Below the pieces are notes generated by a model, which did no database searches, was not told the origin of the DNA, and saw nothing but the letters and a program-made list of their open reading frames with translations. Shown here in pieces: positions 1 to 7,251 of a DNA stretch of 32,759 bases. The DNA lies in the NCBI GenBank assembly GCA_031422215.1, contig JANOQB010000113.1:1-32759 (forward strand), given 5' to 3'. Position 1 is the first letter of the stretch, and each line of letters starts with the position of its first letter. A program made the translations under genes and the position numbers. The stretch comes from Cytophagales bacterium. GTDB taxonomy: Bacteria; Bacteroidota; Bacteroidia; Cytophagales; Cyclobacteriaceae.

Positions 1-84
1 GAAAATACAAATACAGAGGTTAAAACAAGTAGCCTAATATCAAAAATGGATGAACCCTTTTCAACTGAAAAAAATAACCTTTGA
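1..84 (+). CDS. possible 3' end of an upstream gene (partial)
   Basis: Frame 1 is open from base 1 to TGA at 82-84 (ENTNTEVKTSSLISKMDEPFSTEKNNL*). It is too short to identify. Confidence 0.25.
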   Translation, partial: ENTNTEVKTSSLISKMDEPFSTEKNNL

Positions 85-123
85 AACTGCTGGTCACTAC
101 TTTCGAACACAAAATCCAAATCA

Positions 124-141
124 GACTTTTTAGTCAGCCCC
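124..141. repeat. IS/MITE terminal-repeat-like 18-mer
   Basis: GACTTTTTAGTCAGCCCC is identical to 4860-4877. It resembles IS terminal inverted repeats of the GRGGCTG...AAAAG type. No partner end was seen in the window. Confidence 0.55.
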
Positions 142-261
142 GGCCATATTCGCAGTGAACTTTGAAAAGTACCTATGTATTTTTGAAATACACCATTGTG
201 GTTTGATCAGAAAATAATTGCCTTAAAGTCTTTAACTTTATATGACAGGAAAAAAAATGAC

Positions 262-1506
262 ATGAAGCACATACCACTTTTTGTAGCCGCACTTTTCCTT
301 AGTGCCTGCTCCAACCAAAAAGCAGAAACCGTTGTTTGGAAAAGCATTGAACAAAGCCTTCAAACGCAATTGATTACTGTAGAAAATGGCGGCACCATCG
401 ATCTGCCAGAAGGCAACTTCATGTTCACCAAAAGTTTGGCGATGGATGGAAAATCCAACATCACCATAAAAGGCAAAGGCATGGACAAGACGAGGCTGTC
501 ATTTAAAAACCAAACCGAAGGGGCGCAAGGTATGCTGATCACCAACGGGAAAAATATTGTTCTCGAAGATTTTTCGATTGAAGATGCAAAAGGCGATAAC
601 CTGAAAGTGAGCGACACCAAAGGGATCACCTTCAGGCGCATACAATCGGTGTGGGCCGATGGCCCCAAAACAGAAAATGGTGCATACGCTATTTATCCTG
701 TGGTATGCAAAAATGTGTTGATCGAAGGGTGCGTTGCTATGGGTTCGTCTGATGCGGGCATCTATGTGGGTCAGTCCGATTCGGTTATCATCCGCAACAG
801 CAAAGCCTATTGGAATGTGGCCGGCATTGAAAGTGAGAACTCGCGATGGGTAGAAATTTATGATAACGAAGCGTATGAAAACACCGGAGGCATTTTGATT
901 TTCGACCTGCCCGGCCTCACACAATATGGCCATTCCACGAAAGTGTTTCGCAACCATGTGCATGACAACAATCACGAAAATTTTGCAGCTAAGGGAAACA
1001 TTGTGGCGAGCATACCACCGGGCACTGGCTTTTTGATTTTGGCCACGCACAATATTGAAATGACAGAAAACAAAATAGTTGACAATAAAACACTGGGCAT
1101 CGGTATTGTGAGCTACGAGTTGGTGGCAGCGCTCAATGAAGGCGAAGTAGAGCAAGAGGCTGCTATCGGTGGTGTGCAAACAGTTGACAATAATTATAAA
1201 ACAGACTCGCTCTATAATCCATATCCTTATCAAGTATTTATCCACAACAATGAATTTGAAAACAGTCATTGGTTGCCTGCGCTCGATCACGATATGGGCA
1301 AACTTTTTTTCATGAAGTCGTTCATGAGCCCACCCGATATTGTATATGATGGAATTGCCGACCCCAATCGCAAGGACGCTGAACTTTGCATCCGCGAAAA
1401 GGAAGGAATTGTTTTTTTAAACTTAGATGCTGCCAACGATTTTAAAGCACTGTCCAAAAACGTTGATGCTTACCAATGCGATGGAAAGGAAATAGGCAGA
1501 CAATGA
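262..1506 (+). CDS. parallel beta-helix repeat lipoprotein (TIGR03805-like, partner of the SO2930/HNE_0200 family)
   Basis: ATG 262 gives a lipoprotein signal (MKHIPLFVAALFLSA-C). Beta-helix repeats include NGAYAIYPV, SDAGIYVGQS, NVAGIESENS, NTGGILIFDLPGL and NFAAKGNIVASIPPGTG. Its stop overlaps the next gene (ATGA). Confidence 0.85.
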   Translation: MKHIPLFVAALFLSACSNQKAETVVWKSIEQSLQTQLITVENGGTIDLPEGNFMFTKSLAMDGKSNITIKGKGMDKTRLSFKNQTEGAQGMLITNGKNIVLEDFSIEDAKGDNLKVSDTKGITFRRIQSVWADGPKTENGAYAIYPVVCKNVLIEGCVAMGSSDAGIYVGQSDSVIIRNSKAYWNVAGIESENSRWVEIYDNEAYENTGGILIFDLPGLTQYGHSTKVFRNHVHDNNHENFAAKGNIVASIPPGTGFLILATHNIEMTENKIVDNKTLGIGIVSYELVAALNEGEVEQEAAIGGVQTVDNNYKTDSLYNPYPYQVFIHNNEFENSHWLPALDHDMGKLFFMKSFMSPPDIVYDGIADPNRKDAELCIREKEGIVFLNLDAANDFKALSKNVDAYQCDGKEIGRQ

Positions 1507-2582
1507 AAATCATCCCTTCAATATTTTTGGGGATTGCACTTTTGTGTGCATGCCAAAAAAGCAAGCAGCAGGAGATTGTGGTCTTGCCTGAAATGCATGT
1601 GGATGCCGACCTCTCATCAATAGGAAAAGCAAAACTCTCCGACTACGGATTTTTTATGGGTGATTTGAAAAACCTGTTGCCAGCCGAGGGAGTAATTCCC
1701 TACTCACTGAATTCCCCCCTCTTTTCAGACTATGCCTATAAAAAGCGCTTTATCAAAATTCCTGTGGGAACCAAGGCTACCTTCAACCCAGACGATGTAT
1801 TTGATTTTCCGGACGGCACCATCCTGATCAAAAACTTTTATTACCCTGCCGACTTTCGCAAGCCCGAAGAAAACCTGCGCATACTTGAAACACGTCTGCT
1901 GATAAATGAAGCAGGAACATGGAAGGCACTGCCTTATATATGGAACGATCAGCAAACCGAAGCCTACTTGAGCGTGGCCGGAAAAAACTTAGACGTTTCA
2001 TGGACACACTATGACGGGGCCATGAGGAGCGCACACTATTCGGTGCCCAACATGAACCAGTGCAAAGGTTGTCATTTGCGTGGCGACAAGGTGATGCCCA
2101 TTGGGCCATCGGCACGGCAATTAAATGGCGAGCATCATTTTCGGGAGGGAAAAATAAATCAATTGGTGCAATGGCAAAAAATAAATTTGATTGAAGGGCT
2201 GCCTCCATTGTCTCAGCTTCCAACGTTGGCATCGTATGACGATGATCAGATTTCCATTGATAAACGCGCACGTGCATGGCTTGAAATCAATTGTGCCCAT
2301 TGCCACCGTGCCGATGGCCCTGCAAAAAACAGTGGGCTTCATTTGCTTGCCTCCGAAAAGGATCCTTCGCGCGTGGGTGTAGGCAAAGCTCCTGTGGCGG
2401 CAGGCAAAGGTTCGGGCGGTTTATTGTATGGCATTGTGCCAGGCAAGCCGGAAGAATCCATTTTACAATTCAGGATTGAATCGGTGCACCCCGGAATTAT
2501 GATGCCGGAACTGGGCCGCTCGGTGGTGCATGAGGAGGGGGTTGAGTTGGTGAGAAGGTGGATTGTGGAGATGAAGAATTGA
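1503..2582 (+). CDS. SO2930/HNE_0200-family diheme c-type cytochrome lipoprotein
   Basis: Lipoprotein signal (MKIIPSIFLGIALLCA-C) and two CxxCH motifs (CKGCH, CAHCH). Family-type motifs PLFSDYAxKxRF, FPDGTILIKNF, ILETRLL, IVPGxPEESIL and MMPELGR. ATG 1503 overlaps the upstream TGA. Confidence 0.88.
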   Translation: MKIIPSIFLGIALLCACQKSKQQEIVVLPEMHVDADLSSIGKAKLSDYGFFMGDLKNLLPAEGVIPYSLNSPLFSDYAYKKRFIKIPVGTKATFNPDDVFDFPDGTILIKNFYYPADFRKPEENLRILETRLLINEAGTWKALPYIWNDQQTEAYLSVAGKNLDVSWTHYDGAMRSAHYSVPNMNQCKGCHLRGDKVMPIGPSARQLNGEHHFREGKINQLVQWQKINLIEGLPPLSQLPTLASYDDDQISIDKRARAWLEINCAHCHRADGPAKNSGLHLLASEKDPSRVGVGKAPVAAGKGSGGLLYGIVPGKPEESILQFRIESVHPGIMMPELGRSVVHEEGVELVRRWIVEMKN

Positions 2583-2676
2583 GTTAAGAGAAAAAAAAAG
2601 ATAGGTTATTTTGATAACTCAGGAGGTTGGCGTGCATACCTTGGATGAGTAAAAGAAGCCAGATGTTTCAGCAACC

Positions 2677-2886
2677 ATGACAGAAACAGTAACAGAATCA
2701 ACAATTACGTGCCCCAATTGTGGACATAAAAAAGAGGAAGAGATGCCAGCCAATGCGTGCCAGTATTTTTACGAGTGCGAAAATTGCAAAACGATATTAA
2801 AGCCTAAGCTTGGTGATTGCTGTGTTTATTGCAGCTATGGCACGGTGAAGTGCCCGCCCATGCAAGAGAACAAAAGTTGTTGTTGA
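2677..2886 (+). CDS. GDCCVxC domain-containing small Cys-rich metal-binding protein
   Basis: 69 aa with 11 Cys: CPNCG, CQYFYECENC, GDCCVYCSYG..KCPP and a terminal CC. Confidence 0.85.
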   Translation: MTETVTESTITCPNCGHKKEEEMPANACQYFYECENCKTILKPKLGDCCVYCSYGTVKCPPMQENKSCC

Positions 2887-2898
2887 TAATTCAAAAAC

Positions 2899-3858
2899 CT
2901 ACTTCTTCCTAAACAACGAATCAACAAACTCAACTTTATTGAACACCTGGAGGTCGTCAACTTTTTCGCCCACGCCAATATATTTTACCGGTATTTTGAA
3001 CATATCCGAAATGCCAATCACCACTCCGCCTCTTGCAGTGCCATCCAATTTTGTAATGGCAAGGCAGCTCACGTTTGTAGCTTTGGTAAACTCGCGGGCC
3101 TGTACCACCGCATTTTGGCCGGTGCTTCCGTCCAGCACAAGCATCACATCGTGCGGGGCATCGGGAATGATTTTTTCCATCACACGTTTTATTTTAGACA
3201 GTTCGGCCATCAGATTTATCTTTGTGTGAAGCCTTCCGGCCGTGTCAATGATGATCACATCAGCGCCCATCTCAACACCTTGCTTCACGGTGTCGAAGGC
3301 AACTGATGAAGGGTCGGTGTTCATGCCGCGCGCCACCACCTGCACCCCAATGCGCTCGCCCCATAATTTCAACTGTTCCACGGCCGCGGCCCGGAATGTA
3401 TCGGCCGCGCCAAGCACCACCGTGTGCCCTTTCTTTTTATACTGTGCTGCCAGTTTGCCTATGGTAGTGGTTTTGCCCACCCCGTTTACGCCAACCACCA
3501 TCAGCACATAAGGTTTTATGCCTGCCGGGATTTCGAAGTCGGCCAAGTCGCGCGAATTGCTTTCGCTCAACAGGGAAGCTATTTCTTCTTTGAGTATGCG
3601 GTCCAATTCGGAAGTGCCCAGGTATTTATCGCGGGCCACGCGGTCTTGAATCCGCCCAATGATTTTCAACGTGGTGTCCACGCCAACATCGGATGAGATC
3701 AAAATCTCTTCCAGACTGTCGAGCACATCCTCGTCCACCACGGATTTTCCCGCAATGGCCTTGGTCAGTTTTCCAAAAAAACTTTCCTTCGACTTTTCGA
3801 GGCCCTGATCTAAACTTTCCTTTTTCTCTTTAGAAAAAAAACCTGATAGGAATGCCAT
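2899..3858 (-). CDS. ftsY: signal recognition particle-docking protein FtsY
   Basis: GVNGVGKTTT, DTFRAAA, DTAGR and TKLDGTARGG motifs. Start placed at ATG 3858 (MAFLSGFF). Confidence 0.97.
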   Translation of the reverse strand: MAFLSGFFSKEKKESLDQGLEKSKESFFGKLTKAIAGKSVVDEDVLDSLEEILISSDVGVDTTLKIIGRIQDRVARDKYLGTSELDRILKEEIASLLSESNSRDLADFEIPAGIKPYVLMVVGVNGVGKTTTIGKLAAQYKKKGHTVVLGAADTFRAAAVEQLKLWGERIGVQVVARGMNTDPSSVAFDTVKQGVEMGADVIIIDTAGRLHTKINLMAELSKIKRVMEKIIPDAPHDVMLVLDGSTGQNAVVQAREFTKATNVSCLAITKLDGTARGGVVIGISDMFKIPVKYIGVGEKVDDLQVFNKVEFVDSLFRKK

Positions 3859-3882
3859 AGTTGAAAATGTAAACGTGTGTGG

Positions 3883-3890
3883 CAAAAGTA
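3883..3890 (-). promoter_or_regulatory. Bacteroidota -7 promoter box for ftsY
   Basis: TACTTTTG (TAnnTTTG) on the minus strand about 25 nt upstream of the ftsY ATG, directly after a terminator. Confidence 0.6.
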
Positions 3891-3892
3891 GG

Positions 3893-3922
3893 AAAATAAA
3901 AAAGTCCCTCGGTGGGGACTTT
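3893..3922 (-). terminator. intrinsic terminator after rpmB-rpmG-DUF4295
   Basis: Stem AAAGTCCC / GGGACTTT (3901-3908 and 3915-3922) followed by a T-rich tail on the minus strand. Confidence 0.75.
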
Positions 3923-3944
3923 CTTTCAATAAATTCTTTGTGGA

Positions 3945-4100
3945 TTATCTCTTGGCGAGGGTCTCTTTTACAAGATCGGAAACAACAATCTCCTCTTTGA
4001 AATAATAGGCACCTGTTTTTTCGGATTTAATAGCACGGATCACTTTCGCGTAACTCTTTCCGTCTGTTTTTTTAAGGGAAGCAACAACTTTCTTTGCCAT
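3945..4100 (-). CDS. DUF4295 family small protein (51 aa; missing from the ORF track)
   Basis: Manual translation gives MAKKVVASLKKTDGKSYAKVIRAIKSEKTGAYYFKEEIVVSDLVKETLAKR*. This is the conserved Bacteroidota position between rpmG and ftsY. Confidence 0.9.
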   Translation of the reverse strand: MAKKVVASLKKTDGKSYAKVIRAIKSEKTGAYYFKEEIVVSDLVKETLAKR

Positions 4101-4102
4101 GA

Positions 4103-4285
4103 TTATTTAATTTCTTTGTGAAGGGTATATTTTTTTAAGATCGGGTTGTACTTCTTAAGCTCAATGCGCTCGGTCGTGTTTTTCCGGTTCTTGGTGGTAA
4201 TGTGGCGGCTCATGCCTGGCATGCCGCTGGTCTTTTGCTCGGTGCACTCCAATATTACCTGAATCCTGTTTCCTTTTTTTGCCAT
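4103..4285 (-). CDS. rpmG: 50S ribosomal protein L33
   Basis: [16 protein letters not shown]...[31 protein letters not shown]. Confidence 0.98.
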   Translation of the reverse strand: MAKKGNRIQVILECTEQKTSGMPGMSRHITTKNRKNTTERIELKKYNPILKKYTLHKEIK

Positions 4286-4296
4286 ACAGCAGATTG

Positions 4297-4542
4297 TTAA
4301 AGATTAATGGCTAATGTGCCTTTGGCGCGCGCTTCCTTAAGCACCGCGGTGATTCCTTTCAAATTGATGGTTTTAATGGCCTTGGTGCACAACTTCAGTG
4401 TTATCCACTTGTCCTCTTCGGGAACGAAGAAGCGTTTGGTTTGAAGGTTTGGATAAAATTTGCGCTTCGTGCGGTTGTTGGCGTGCGAAACCTTATTGCC
4501 CGACTGAGGTCTTTTTCCTGTGATTTGACAAACTCTTGCCAT
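4297..4542 (-). CDS. rpmB: 50S ribosomal protein L28
   Basis: [34 protein letters not shown]. Confidence 0.98.
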   Translation of the reverse strand: MARVCQITGKRPQSGNKVSHANNRTKRKFYPNLQTKRFFVPEEDKWITLKLCTKAIKTINLKGITAVLKEARAKGTLAINL

Positions 4543-4727
4543 AAAACTTAAATTGATTTTAGCCCCTTTTAAAAAGGGATTGCAAATATCGGGAAAAGCA
4601 GTTCAATAATCCAAGCCCGGCAAAAAGAAAGGGCAAATGAGTTGTTAACACCCGCTTATTAAGTAAGGCACTGTTGCCCCAAACCCTTTGAATCGTCCCA
4701 AAAAATCACTTTCCACTCATTTTTCGA

Positions 4728-4877
4728 GAGACTGGGATCGAAGTGTCATACCGGGCCTGCCTTTGCCGAAGCTGCTAAGAGCAGGCAGGCTTTGACCCGG
4801 TATCCCGTTAGACACAGATAAAAACGAGATCGCGGCTCAAGGGCCGTGATGACAGAAGCGACTTTTTAGTCAGCCCC
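4728..4877. repeat. nested palindromic composite (MITE-like ends, containing a REP-like pair, containing a GCCTGCC/GGCAGGC insert)
   Basis: Outer layer: degenerate IR GAGACTG..AAGT (4728-4744) / ACTT..CAGCCCC (4861-4877). Middle layer: TGTCATACCGGGC[..]TTTGACCCGGTATC and GAGATCGCGGCTCAAGGGCCGTGATGACA. Inner layer: GCCTGCC (4755-4761) ... GGCAGGC (4784-4790). Confidence 0.7.
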
Positions 4878-5026
4878 AGATCACCAATGCCAAACATTAT
4901 TGTTTGCCTGTTTAGTGATCAGAAATCCCATCCTCACGGCAGCATCCATGCTCGAACAAAATACCCCTAAAAGGGTATTCCCTTAGCCTTGATTGTACAG
5001 TAGCTTTACTATATCAAAGTACTTTT

Positions 5027-5566
5027 GTGGAATATACTTTTAAAAATAGCCATGCCGAAAAACCAATCACGTTGGTTTTGAGCGAATACTCCATCACCGT
5101 CCGTACTGATGGAAGAGAAAAGATAATTCCGTATGGCGATATACAATCCGTTTGCCTCAAGCGGTCGGGCAGAAAATTCTTTACCATAATCAAGGCAACG
5201 AACCAACCCGAAATCTACATCAGCAATCATTATTGGTTGTCGGGCAACGAAACGGACGACAAGTCGCGGGAGTACGTGACGTTCATCCGGGTTTTGCACT
5301 TCCACCTCCGCACCAAAAGCCAGGCGTATTATGTTTGCGGCAACAACCTCCGCCCTATTTTTTTCGCGACTGGTTTTTCCATAATCGCAGCCTTTGGCAT
5401 TTCATACACGTTGGAAAATTTTCAGTTGAACCCATTCAACAGCATTGTTACTTCCTTGATTTTATCAACTTTGGGCATATTTGTGATAGCCTTGTTGAAC
5501 ACGGGCCGCTTTCCAAAGGTGTATATACCCGAAAATATTCCGTTGCAATTTTTGCCTTTCAATTGA
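5027..5566 (+). CDS. hypothetical membrane protein (soluble beta-rich N-domain, two C-terminal TM helices)
   Basis: 179-aa ORF with a GTG start. Hydrophobic segments IFFATGFSIIAAFGISY and SIVTSLILSTLGIFVIALL. Confidence 0.7.
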   Translation: MEYTFKNSHAEKPITLVLSEYSITVRTDGREKIIPYGDIQSVCLKRSGRKFFTIIKATNQPEIYISNHYWLSGNETDDKSREYVTFIRVLHFHLRTKSQAYYVCGNNLRPIFFATGFSIIAAFGISYTLENFQLNPFNSIVTSLILSTLGIFVIALLNTGRFPKVYIPENIPLQFLPFN

Positions 5567-5573
5567 AATTTTT

Positions 5574-5749
5574 AACGCGGAGTACGCTGAGTTCCTCAAA
5601 GGTTGAGGTCATGCTTGTCTTTGAATCCCCTCTGCGGTACTCTGCGCGCTCTGCGTTTGAGATATTTATTGCGGAGCAAACTCAGTTTCGAAAAGGTTGT
5701 CTTCCTTTTCTTTGAATCCTCTGCGGAACTCTGCGCCCTTTGGGTTTGA
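5574..5749. repeat. tandem pair of about 90-bp CGCnGAG / CTCTGCG palindromic elements
   Basis: TCTTTGAATCC..CTCTGCGG(T/A)ACTCTGCGC.CT.TG.GTTTGA occurs at 5618-5660 and 5709-5749. The left arms (GCGGAG...AAAGGTTG) are also duplicated. Confidence 0.75.
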
Positions 5750-5822
5750 ACATTGCGCATACACCCAGCTACTGTATAACCATAATTGTATTTACTTTGC
5801 TTTTGGATTACCCGCCATTGTC

Positions 5823-6272
5823 ATGCCCTTAGAAGAAGACATAAAGCAAGAAAAGTTTTTCAACGAGTATCAAAAAGCATCGATCAACATTTTATATACC
5901 GGAGGTTGGTTGTACAACATCAACTCAAGCCATTTAAAAAAATTTGGCATCAGCCACGAGCAATTCAATGTGTTGCGCATACTTCGTGGCAGTTTTCCCA
6001 GGCCCATGATGCTGGCCCAAATTACGGAGCGGATGATAGACAAAAGCAGCAACTGCACGCGCTTGGTGGAAAAATTGAAGCAAAAAGGATTGGTGAACCG
6101 GATCACCTGCGAAAGCAACCGCAGGCAGGTGGACATTTCCATCACGGCCAAAGGGCAGCAACTGCTAAAGAAAATAGATGCCAGCCAAGAAGCATGGATA
6201 GAAACGATGGGCAAGATTTCAAAAAAGGAAGCTGAAGAACTGAACCGTATATTGGACAAACTTCGTGGCTAA
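5823..6272 (+). CDS. MarR family winged-helix transcriptional regulator
   Basis: LKKFGISHEQFNVLRILRG, ERMIDKSSNCTRLVEKL..KGLV.R...ESNRRQVDISIT.KG. True start is ATG 5823. The ORF-track extension runs through repeat DNA. Confidence 0.92.
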   Translation: MPLEEDIKQEKFFNEYQKASINILYTGGWLYNINSSHLKKFGISHEQFNVLRILRGSFPRPMMLAQITERMIDKSSNCTRLVEKLKQKGLVNRITCESNRRQVDISITAKGQQLLKKIDASQEAWIETMGKISKKEAEELNRILDKLRG

Positions 6273-6279
6273 GTCTGCC

Positions 6280-6834
6280 TCACCATTCCTTAATTGGCTG
6301 TGTATATTTTTTTATGTCAAAGGCATCGCGCAAGCTCAGGCTCATCAGTGCCATATCGGCCAGCACATTTTTTTTGAAATGGGTACTTCCCTTTCTCATG
6401 ATTTCGTGAATATAAAATCCCTTACGGGGATTGTTGTTTTGATACCGCGCGGAAGGCTGCAATTTATTTTCAAAATATAGCCCATAGATGGTAACGCGGT
6501 ACCGATTGTCTCTAACCTCAACCACAAACTTGCCGCTCCACTCACCATTCCAATAAATAAGTGGAGTGTTTTGATAGCTGCGGCCATAGCGTATGCAATC
6601 CACTAGGTAGTGGTGTATTTCTCCATTGTAGCCCAACTCGTTCCTAACAACTTGCTGTGTAAATATTTTTGACTTTAGCATCGACACTACTTCGCGCCTT
6701 AAACTGTCCTCGGTGCCCAAGTACTCATACGTATATTGCCAGGTCAGTTCGTTGTTGGTCACTTCAAACAGGTCATACTTTTGCCCGTGGGCCAAGTTGG
6801 CCATTAGCATGCCGAGCAAGATCATCAACCTCAT
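6280..6834 (-). CDS. hypothetical secreted protein
   Basis: Signal peptide ending AHG-Q (Bacteroidota Gln at +1); 184 aa. Confidence 0.75.
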   Translation of the reverse strand: MRLMILLGMLMANLAHGQKYDLFEVTNNELTWQYTYEYLGTEDSLRREVVSMLKSKIFTQQVVRNELGYNGEIHHYLVDCIRYGRSYQNTPLIYWNGEWSGKFVVEVRDNRYRVTIYGLYFENKLQPSARYQNNNPRKGFYIHEIMRKGSTHFKKNVLADMALMSLSLRDAFDIKKYTQPIKEW

Positions 6835-6912
6835 TTTCGCAAAGCGTTAACCATTCCCCATTGAGTTACGAAAAAAATAGAATGATGTTGATAGGGACTT
6901 TGATTTATCTAA

Positions 6913-7034
6913 CTGATGTTACGCAAAACTTATAAAGTGGTGTCAGCCTGAGGCCCTCGAAGACGATTTAACTTAGTCTAATCAGTTTTCGAGGGCCTCA
7001 AACTGACAGGTTCCATCGTTTTGCGTAACATCAG
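6913..7034. mobile_element. 122-bp MITE with perfect 17-bp TIRs and an 8-bp target-site duplication, carrying an internal REP-like palindrome
   Basis: CTGATGTTACGCAAAAC ... GTTTTGCGTAACATCAG is flanked by TTATCTAA at 6905-6912 and 7035-7042. Internal IR: TGTCAGCCTGAGGCCCTCGAA / TTCGAGGGCCTCAAACTGACA. Confidence 0.85.
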
Positions 7035-7251
7035 TTATCTAATGAAGGAATTCGTTTTGATAAAGCTCTTGAAGGTGGCTTCCAAACCCATAGTTTCCAA
7101 AAAACCACATCTTTTTTTGAAAATTGAATCAAAAAACACCCTATTACAATCGGATTCGGTAATAAATTTTGAAAATTAGGTTAAAATATGGCCCAACTTT
7201 CCAAATATTGCATAGAAATTCAAAAACAAGACTCAAACTAAACCCACTACT

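Noticed and set aside
196-261. ORF-track N-terminal extensions (also 1476-1502, 3859-3885, 5697-5822, 8647-8673, 9896-10159, 13166-13312, 25464-25514, 29967-30026)
   Set aside because: They run through terminators, repeats or neighbouring genes. Downstream starts give proper signal peptides or family N-termini.
499-1290. Long antisense or alternate-frame ORFs (for example 499-1290, 9481-10122, 14642-15580, 16058-16747)
   Set aside because: They are shadows of well-supported genes on the other strand and have no recognisable motifs.
124-4877. Composite transposon bounded by the two 18-mers
   Set aside because: The repeats are direct rather than inverted, there is no transposase, and the interval includes conserved ftsY/rpmG/rpmB.
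5020-5027. TACTTTTG promoter-like box
   Set aside because: It overlaps the presumed GTG start, so it cannot drive that ORF as called. It is probably coincidental unless the start is wrong.
5574-5749. Possible CRISPR array
   Set aside because: There are only two diverged units, no unique spacers of regular length and no cas genes.
7188-7211. Possible sigma-54 promoter upstream of amtB (TGGCCCAACTTTCCA)
   Set aside because: The GG-N10-GC spacing is not satisfied.
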